A stretch of DNA of 62,922 nucleotides, filler included, from Sanchytrium tribonematis (Eukaryota): the NCBI GenBank assembly GCA_018985235.1. It is 17 parts of 17 records of this genome, joined end to end, with 100 filler letters (N's around TTAATTAATTAA, not from the genome) between each part and the next. Parts side by side here need not be neighbours in the genome. Positions count along the whole stretch, not along the records: positions 55,116 to 57,655 come from JADGIG010001026.1; positions 57,756 to 60,289 come from JADGIG010001027.1; positions 60,390 to 62,922 come from JADGIG010001028.1; 14 more parts are not named here. One strand, given 5' to 3'. How positions within the stretch are numbered: position 1 is the stretch's first letter; the number at the start of each line of letters is the position of its first letter. A program made the position numbers and the translations under genes. This document shows, piece by piece, positions 55,459 through 62,922 of the stretch. The notes under the pieces are model-generated. The model had not been told where the DNA came from. It ran no database searches and was given only the letters and a program-made list of their open reading frames with translations.

Positions 55459-56121
55459 TTACCAAATGACTGGATACCAAGATCTGACAGCTTTCGTGTT
55501 AAAGTATTCGGTTGCAAATATATCATTGAATGGAGTTGGCAATCGTGCGACGAAAGACTTTCCATCCTGGTGAGAAATTAATATTCTTAAAATTTTAGAA
55601 ATCAAAAATTTTTGATGTTCAAAAGATTTGGGTCTGTTCACAAAAAATGAATAGGCAGAAAAACGTAACATTTCAGGGAGATGTCCCACATTTAATGGAA
55701 TTAGGCTGCTGTACCATAGACTAAGTAAGTCCGTGTATACTTCATTCTGAGTGAATTGAATACCATAATTTTTAAAATAAAAGATCACATTATTACACGT
55801 GTTTCTCAAGTGTTTGTCGTAATTCCAACTTGTCACGTTTAGTTTAGTCAAATTTTCATCTATCCATTTTGACAAATAGTACAACATATTGGGTGCCCAA
55901 GCGGGATCATTAGTAGCAATCTCACCGATTTTTTCAACTTGACCGTCCCTCAAACCAAATAAATGAAAATATTTCTGTCGCATTATTTTGTCTGTAACCT
56001 TTGATAAGTCTCGCATGAAATTGTTCATGTTTAACAACGCAATGTCTTTTGCTTTTTCTTCTTCTGTTTCTGGCACAGGATGGATGATCATTCCAAACAC
56101 ACTGAACAAAGCAAACAACAT
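55459..56121 (-). CDS. Secreted hypothetical protein
   Basis: Short hydrophobic N-terminus; 220-aa ORF. Confidence 0.55.
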   Translation of the reverse strand: MLFALFSVFGMIIHPVPETEEEKAKDIALLNMNNFMRDLSKVTDKIMRQKYFHLFGLRDGQVEKIGEIATNDPAWAPNMLYYLSKWIDENLTKLNVTSWNYDKHLRNTCNNVIFYFKNYGIQFTQNEVYTDLLSLWYSSLIPLNVGHLPEMLRFSAYSFFVNRPKSFEHQKFLISKILRILISHQDGKSFVARLPTPFNDIFATEYFNTKAVRSWYPVIW

Positions 56122-56519
56122 GGGGAAATGATTTACTTTCGACTATAAATAATCTCAAGTGATACAATTGAGTACAAATTAACCCTTGCTGTATTGATTC
56201 GACCATACATATTTGTGCAATATTATAATTTCAAAAATCCCGTGATCAAAATCATAATTGTACAGTTAGATCTTACAGAAAGTGGCTTACTGTAGGCTCA
56301 AACAATATAAAATTAATAGAATTACTAATAATTCTCAAATTTTACCAAATGGATCATTTCTATTACAAAATGATCTGTGCGTTATCCATTTTATCTGTGG
56401 GGTATTGCAAAATATCATAGTCTGTCGGTGTCACTAATACGTTTTGTAAAATGCCACAACATCTCCTAGAATTACACATCATTTTTGTGCATTTTTGATG
56501 TCACCCCGGGTAAAACAAA

Positions 56520-57401
56520 ATGTTCTTTTGTATTTTATTGCATTCTCAAATTCTATTACAATCATCTATTGTAGATTTGAAAAATGGACCAGCGAATGTA
56601 AGACCACAAATTTATCAAAATGAAAATTATGTCATCAAATCATTTCAAATCGACGACATTTATCAAGGATTTGATGTTCAAAAAAAGAAAGTCAACACGT
56701 TTATGACACTGGCGAATGAAATCAACAATTTAATACATTTAAAACATTCAAATATTGTCAAGATTGAAGCTCACATTGTCAGTTATGAAACTGGATTTGT
56801 TGGGTATCGAATGCCAAAGTATAAATCTGATTTGTTTAATCTTTTGCAACATCAGGAACTAAACACCAATATTGCCTTGAAAATGGTATATCAAATATTA
56901 AGCGCACTCCACTATCTCGCGAGTTTACAAATAGCACATCGAGACATAAAGCCAGAAAACATCTTTGTAGATGAGAACTATAATGCCATTTTGGGTGATT
57001 TTGGATATGTAACAAAACAAAAGGAAGTGGATAAATTTCCAGGAACTTTAAGATATATTTCACCAGAAATCCGTCAATTTTATTTGTCGTCCAATAACGG
57101 TTTTCCGTGCAATTATGATTTAGTGAAATCAGATTTATTTTCATTTGGAAGTACGCTTTTTTATATGTTTGACTTGGAGGAAATCACCGAACAATTTTAT
57201 GATAGTGCTGTGACAAAATGCATTGAATTAACACACATTCAATTGAATGAAATTCACAATAATATTAATAATATTATTCAAAATAAAATTAAAACAATCA
57301 AAGAAATTGCTATTCTGTTGATTCAGTGCAAACCTGAAAATAGACCATCTGCATGGGATTTGATGCAATTGCCGATATTCAAGCAGTACAGGGCTGCCTG
57401 A
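56520..57401 (+). CDS. Ser/Thr protein kinase with hydrophobic N-terminus
   Basis: HRDIKPEN, DFG, GTLRYISPE, SDLFSFG; Gly-rich loop not evident. Confidence 0.88.
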   Translation: MFFCILLHSQILLQSSIVDLKNGPANVRPQIYQNENYVIKSFQIDDIYQGFDVQKKKVNTFMTLANEINNLIHLKHSNIVKIEAHIVSYETGFVGYRMPKYKSDLFNLLQHQELNTNIALKMVYQILSALHYLASLQIAHRDIKPENIFVDENYNAILGDFGYVTKQKEVDKFPGTLRYISPEIRQFYLSSNNGFPCNYDLVKSDLFSFGSTLFYMFDLEEITEQFYDSAVTKCIELTHIQLNEIHNNINNIIQNKIKTIKEIAILLIQCKPENRPSAWDLMQLPIFKQYRAA

Positions 57402-57781
57402 AGAGTGTGATAATAAATATAATTTAATTTTCAAATTATTCTGAAATTTTACCTCATTCCATTAAATATTTGCAAATAAAATCCATTTATTTTAATAATT
57501 ATGATCAAATTGATTGAGTAAAAAGTCTAATTTCATGACTTCATCTGTCCGTTGAGAATTGGTGTGAAATGATTGAAAATGGCGTCGTTTTTCTTGTTCT
57601 CTTTTGAATGATTTGTGGCATACTGGACATTGATGGGCTCTGTACTCTATATGGGNNNNNNNNNNNNNNNNNNNNNNNNNNNNNNNNNNNNNNNNNNNNT
57701 TAATTAATTAANNNNNNNNNNNNNNNNNNNNNNNNNNNNNNNNNNNNNNNNNNNNTCAAATATTATATAATTTTTCATACA

Positions 57782-59308
57782 ATGTCCATCGACATGCAGG
57801 AATACCTCAAGAATAAAATTAATCAAAGAGACCAGCTCAACTTGGAACCGTACCACCATATCGTTTATCTCCAGGATGAAATAGAAAGATTGCGAAAGTT
57901 GAATCAAATTGTAATGAAAAATGAATCAGAGGAAGAATCTACATTTATGAGATTGTATCATCAGTCGGAAGCCGATAACCACGCAACATCACTTGAAAAT
58001 GAAAGATTGAAGAAGCGGTGTGAAAAACTGCTTACTCAAAATCTCTCGCAACAACAAGATTTCTTAAAGTCAAAATCAAGCTTGGATAAAACATCGATTG
58101 TAGTAGAAAAACAATTAGCAGAAATACAAACCTTAAAAGAGGTGATAATGGAAAAAGATAAAGGCATTGAATTGCTTCACGACGAAATATCCTTGTTAAA
58201 CTTAGAACTTGCAAAATTGGATGAGAAATGTGCTGAATTAAAAAAAGAAAATAAAGATTTAATTGAAAGATGGCTAGAGCAAAAGCAAAAAGAAGTGGAA
58301 CTACTCAATAACGAATTGCATCATAGTCCTGAGCGATCTCCCACAAAGGCACATGAGTGGAATCTAGTTAGTCAAGACACTCAAGAAATGAACGTGTCAA
58401 GTTTGAGAATTGATTCTTCAGTAGTAGTAAGTGAGCAGGAAACTTATGCATTAGGTATTAATAGTGATGGAAGATATATGCTAGTGGGTGGTGCAGATAA
58501 GGTACTTAAACTATATGATTTGAAAAATATGGTTTTGGTGCATAAATTTGAGCCCGCGTTAGGAACTATATTTAGCACTTCATTTAATACCCTAGGCTCC
58601 AAATTTCTCTCGACATCCTATGATAAATCTGTAAGGTTGTACGATACTAGCTCCAAACAACTCATTTGGACATTAACTGGACATAACAGTAAGGTCACAT
58701 GTGCAACTTTTTCTGGAGATTCGGATAGAGTTATTAGTGGATCTTATGATCGAACTTTAAAAGTTTTCGATGCAGTTAAAGGATATTCTACAAGAACTAT
58801 TTTTGGGATTTCCAGTTTTAATGATTTAATATCAACGGATTATGCTTGTACAAAAATTGCTAGTGTTCATGTTGACGGCGCTCTTAGAGTTTGGGATATT
58901 AATAGAGGAGCATTGACTTTGGAAACAGAAAAGCATCCAAATGCAGGATTGAGTGTCTGCAAGGCAACCACTATACTAAATGATAATTGTGTATTGGCAA
59001 ATTATAGAGATGCAACAATTAAAATTATCGATATAAGAGATGGCAAACCTGTAAAGCATTTTCAGTCCCCATCTTATAATCTTGATAATTCGTATTCAAA
59101 AGCAAGCATCAGCATAGATGGGTGGAACATAGCTTCTGGTTCTCAGAATGGTTCCGTAATTTTCTGGGACTACAGAAATCCCGAGAAAGAACTTAAAGTT
59201 TTGTCTGATGGTCACGTATCTCCTGTTATACAGACAATTTTTCACCCTCAAAATACTGCATTTTTTAGCGTTGACCTAAAAGGTAGCAAACTCATCAAAT
59301 GGGCATAA
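57782..59308 (+). CDS. ATG16L-like protein (coiled coil plus WD40)
   Basis: LHDEISLLNLEL...LKKENKDLIERWLEQKQKE Atg16 coil followed by WD40 repeats. Confidence 0.85.
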   Translation: MSIDMQEYLKNKINQRDQLNLEPYHHIVYLQDEIERLRKLNQIVMKNESEEESTFMRLYHQSEADNHATSLENERLKKRCEKLLTQNLSQQQDFLKSKSSLDKTSIVVEKQLAEIQTLKEVIMEKDKGIELLHDEISLLNLELAKLDEKCAELKKENKDLIERWLEQKQKEVELLNNELHHSPERSPTKAHEWNLVSQDTQEMNVSSLRIDSSVVVSEQETYALGINSDGRYMLVGGADKVLKLYDLKNMVLVHKFEPALGTIFSTSFNTLGSKFLSTSYDKSVRLYDTSSKQLIWTLTGHNSKVTCATFSGDSDRVISGSYDRTLKVFDAVKGYSTRTIFGISSFNDLISTDYACTKIASVHVDGALRVWDINRGALTLETEKHPNAGLSVCKATTILNDNCVLANYRDATIKIIDIRDGKPVKHFQSPSYNLDNSYSKASISIDGWNIASGSQNGSVIFWDYRNPEKELKVLSDGHVSPVIQTIFHPQNTAFFSVDLKGSKLIKWA

Positions 59309-59310
59309 AT

Positions 59311-59984
59311 TTATTGAGAGACATTCATTGTACTCAAATCTACTGGACAGTCTATATAAATAACATAATACCATTATCGAGATTGATTTTTATAACCGGT
59401 TTTGCAAACCAATTTAATGGAGATGTGTCAATTTTGATCTCATATCTAAGTTGCAGTTTTCCTCTCGTGCCTCCGAGTGAGCCACACTTACTCATTATTT
59501 CACGATACGTACTTGCTTGATCTCCAGTCAATTTCATTACAACAGACACTGGAATATCCTTTTGTTGGTTCGAATTTGGAGTCACGTCAATTGTTGTGTC
59601 ACTGACCTGAGATATAAGCACATTAGTTTGGCGATAGTATATGTTGATACTCAAATGGTCTACTCTTAAACCATAAAAATTGTGATTCTCAATTCCTAAT
59701 TTTAAAACCCAATTCATATAAACACTAACAGCATTCAAATCTCCGCTTATAGTTCCACCTGAAAAAGTTCCGCCTTTGACCTGATATGGCGGATCCCCAG
59801 ATTTAATGTCATTCATTTTTATTACGGGAAGCGTAAAGGTACCTACAAATATAGTTAAAATCAATAAAATTATAAAAAGTGACGAACAGCAACACATTGC
59901 CACCCAACAAAGACAAGGCCTTCCTTTATATTCTTTAGGAGGACGCCTTACTCTTTGAAGTCTGTTTGATCGAGAAGTCGACAT
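59311..59984 (-). CDS. Type II membrane LEA_2-like protein, 2 exons
   Basis: Cys-rich TM, ENHNFYGL motif; intron 59352-59371 gives C-terminus NDCPVDLSTMNVSQ*. Confidence 0.7.
59352..59371 (-). other. 20-nt intron GTATTATGTTATTTATATAG
   Basis: GT-AG ends; the ORF stops at the acceptor TAG; splicing yields a DCP-containing tail ending in CAA-TAA (AATAAA). Confidence 0.7.
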
Positions 59985-60389
59985 GTTGATTTGTTTCAGA
60001 TATTGAAGTTTAGGACTTTACTGTTATTTATTTAGCTAACCTCACCCTTTCCTCTTCTAGCAATTGATTAAGTAGCTTTGTATCTGGTGATCTGGGAGAT
60101 AAACACAATTGAAAGGCATATGACCTAGCCTCATCAAGTAGTATCATAAGGAATTTATCATCTAGGACCGAGCTCTCCAATTTGGTTGCGGAGAGTCTTA
60201 TAATCATTTTCAAATACTCTATATCAATGTAGATCTGTTCGTATTGTATTGGAGTCAACGAATTTTTATGGAAAATTGTAACTCTATTTNNNNNNNNNNN
60301 NNNNNNNNNNNNNNNNNNNNNNNNNNNNNNNNNTTAATTAATTAANNNNNNNNNNNNNNNNNNNNNNNNNNNNNNNNNNNNNNNNNNNN

Positions 60390-60912
60390 TAGGAAATTGG
60401 AGTTTAAAAGGAAAAGAGACCCTAAAGATTTATTCATAGCGTTTCGAAATATCAAGGGCACGCGACTTAAATGGAATAATTTTTACGGAAGTGTTTTTGC
60501 CGTTCAAACTCCAGCTTACCTTGCAATAATTAGTGAGGAGGATGACAACATGTGGCATTTTGAAATGGGTGTAATCAAAAACCAATCCTTAAAGTATGGA
60601 AAATCATTTCCCAACATCGAAATCGCAGTCAAGTATGCGGAAACCATCATTTTCCGAAATTTTAGACATGACAGCATTTTATACGGAAAAAAGTCGCCTT
60701 TTCATTGGTCTTCAAAATCATCTAAAAGATCTGCTCAAGAAAATTTGATTAAAACTATTGACGATCAAAAAGATCCATCAATATCAAAACATTTGGATTT
60801 GTACTCCTCGATGATCAATAACTTCTCTGTGTACGATGTTGCGCTGCTAAAAAATAGGCTGCTTTTTTGGCCACATTACAAATTAAGAGGTTATCCATTT
60901 CAAAAAACCTAA
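60390..60912 (+). CDS. Partial hypothetical protein (weak resemblance to Irc3-type helicase C-terminus)
   Basis: AVKYAETI...W.....S.AQ..LI pattern; weak. Confidence 0.3.
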
Positions 60913-62150
60913 TGGGAGAAAACATGACAAAAAAGATTTTATCGAAATTAATATCTATCATAATGAAAGAGCGTCGTAAAATTGCAGTGCTAGAATCCAA
61001 AGACACTAATAAACCTTTAGAACAATCTCTTTCAGAGGTTGATGAAGGTCTGAATATTTTACGATATTTTGAGAATCAGGAAATAGTTTGGAAAATTAAT
61101 TCAATCTCAGGATCGATACAAAGATATCCGCTTGGTACCTGTTTGTTTATATTGCCTTTCAATTATCCATTTTTATTAAGTTGCTGGAAAATTGCGCCTT
61201 GTCTTGCTACAAACAATATTTGTTGGATAAAACCATCACCACATACCCCAAATTCCATAAAATATGTCGCTGAAAAACTTAATGAGCCTGAATTTTTGCA
61301 AGTCTTTAACTTAAACGAAGATGAAACCATAAGATTGATAAATAACGTTGATCACGTAGGATTCATAGGCGGTGATATTGGCGCAAGAGCAATATGGAAC
61401 GCCTCATATGGTAAAAGTGTATCCATAGAAGCCAGTGGTTGTAATCCGCTGATTATTGGAAAGGATTTTAATTTTGATCTTATGAATATTGTTGCTGATG
61501 CAATTTTAACGAATGCTGGTCAAAATTGCTGCAAACCGTCGTTAATATTTGTGCCAAAATCAATTTATGAGAAATTTGAAATATCTTTATGCAATTTTTG
61601 TGAAAAATACCCAATTATTCCGCTCTCAAATGAAGTTGTATTTGACAAATTTAACCTAGATACAAAAAATTTAGAATTGCATCCTGCTGTGAAAAAAATA
61701 GTGGTGAAATCTCAATTTTTACAGAATCACGTTTTCTCAACAAACCCCATTTTGTATAAATTCAACGAATGTATAGAAGACAAGGCACCATTGTTTAAGG
61801 AGATTTTTGGACCAACTACAACCTTAATTCTATATGACAATTTGACGGAAGTCTTGAAAATACTTGAAACCAACAAATACAAATTAGCTTTAGGCGTTTT
61901 TAGCTCAAATACCGCCTGGGCGCTTGATATTATATCTAAACTTAAATATGGGATGAACTGGATCAACGCATACAACAACTGTCCTCCTGATCTAAGTTTT
62001 GGGGGTTCTGAATTTAGTGGAACTGTTTGGTCTAAAGATTTAGGACGTCAGTCAATGTACTGCCTGACAAAACAAATCTCAGTCTATAATACATTTATTG
62101 ATACAAAAAGAAATGGAAATGATAGGGAATCAGTCGATGACAATTCTTGA
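60912..62150 (+). CDS. Divergent aldehyde dehydrogenase
   Basis: PFNYPF..WKIAPCLA..N...KPS..TP, SIEASG, NAGQNCC, KEIFGP, FGG; start uncertain. Confidence 0.88.
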   Translation: MGENMTKKILSKLISIIMKERRKIAVLESKDTNKPLEQSLSEVDEGLNILRYFENQEIVWKINSISGSIQRYPLGTCLFILPFNYPFLLSCWKIAPCLATNNICWIKPSPHTPNSIKYVAEKLNEPEFLQVFNLNEDETIRLINNVDHVGFIGGDIGARAIWNASYGKSVSIEASGCNPLIIGKDFNFDLMNIVADAILTNAGQNCCKPSLIFVPKSIYEKFEISLCNFCEKYPIIPLSNEVVFDKFNLDTKNLELHPAVKKIVVKSQFLQNHVFSTNPILYKFNECIEDKAPLFKEIFGPTTTLILYDNLTEVLKILETNKYKLALGVFSSNTAWALDIISKLKYGMNWINAYNNCPPDLSFGGSEFSGTVWSKDLGRQSMYCLTKQISVYNTFIDTKRNGNDRESVDDNS

Positions 62151-62513
62151 ATTTCGTTGCATTTTTCTATAGTCACAACGGGGTATTTGAACTCAAATTG
62201 ACATATTTTGCTGCACAAATATATGCTTGCAATGTCTTTTACCCCATATTTATCGCAAATGTTGTAATCTTTATTTTCAAGTACTTTCTCAAAATAGGTT
62301 TTGACATACAAAGTCTCATTTCCTGATTTGCACAAAGACTGAATCTCCAATGATCTCATTGGAATCCCTAATGCATCTATTTGCACGAATATGGGATAAA
62401 TGTTACACAGTAATAAAAACATTCAAAATGATAGGGAATTCTACATTATCCCCATTCAAACCCCATTTTTATGCGCAACTAAAATTGATTGGGCCCATTT
62501 TTTAGCGTGACAA

Positions 62514-62922
62514 TCACAATTCCTCCTGATTGGTGTTTGGCAGACTTTGGTTTTTTGGCAAAGCTTCATCGAAAATCGAGTTCCACGCATATTCTATTGT
62601 GGAACTTATAATGGTAGTCACTCTTGGCTTATTTGAGTTTGGAAATTTGCTTATTGCAATATAGGTTACCATAAAAATTACAATAACAAAAATAAACATT
62701 AACAGCATATAACATGTTGTCCGCCAAGTATCAGAATGCACTTTTTTAAGTTTCAACTGCTCTTCAGTCAAAGAGGCGGTATTTGCAGTCATTAAAAATT
62801 GAGTGTCAAATATTGTTGTTGAATCTTTTTGAAGGATTTGATTGAATCTCAGTTGCGATTCCTTTAAATCATTACCCATTCCTCGCATTTGCAAAAGGAC
62901 CTGTTCCTCAAGTTCGCTCTTT
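62514..62922 (-). CDS. ER SNARE Use1-like, C-terminal part
   Basis: Coiled coil LKESQLRF..IL.KD followed by a TM ending in ..KFP. Confidence 0.6.
   Translation of the reverse strand, partial: KSELEEQVLLQMRGMGNDLKESQLRFNQILQKDSTTIFDTQFLMTANTASLTEEQLKLKKVHSDTWRTTCYMLLMFIFVIVIFMVTYIAISKFPNSNKPRVTTIISSTIEYAWNSIFDEALPKNQSLPNTNQEEL

Overview
Eukaryotic, AT-rich, extremely gene-dense DNA, not prokaryotic. The window is an artificial concatenation of 17 contigs joined by 100-nt N44-TTAATTAATTAA-N44 linkers (one ~20 kb contig at 13664-33614, the rest ~2.5-2.7 kb), so adjacency is meaningful only within a contig. Gene content (CCT2, RPS13, RPL25, PEX5, SEC6, P4-ATPase, ARG4, VTS1, WD40-type ATG16, p22phox/NoxD, CatSper) suggests an early-diverging zoosporic fungus or close relative; a sanchytrid/Blastocladiomycota-like lineage is a guess. 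Main findings: (1) at least six GT-AG introns of only 19-20 nt whose removal restores the reading frame, and in several cases a conserved motif; (2) the only two long introns (96 and 100 nt) each contain a box C/D snoRNA (U18-like, snR63/SNORD46-like), and an H/ACA snoRNA (snR11/SNORA3-like) lies just downstream of RPS13; (3) a CatSper2-like Ca2+ channel pore gene lies tail-to-tail and overlapping with a CatSper-epsilon/delta-like auxiliary subunit gene; (4) a Tc1/mariner element with TIRs and a TA duplication is nested in a decayed LINE endonuclease. All family assignments come from motif recall, not database searches.
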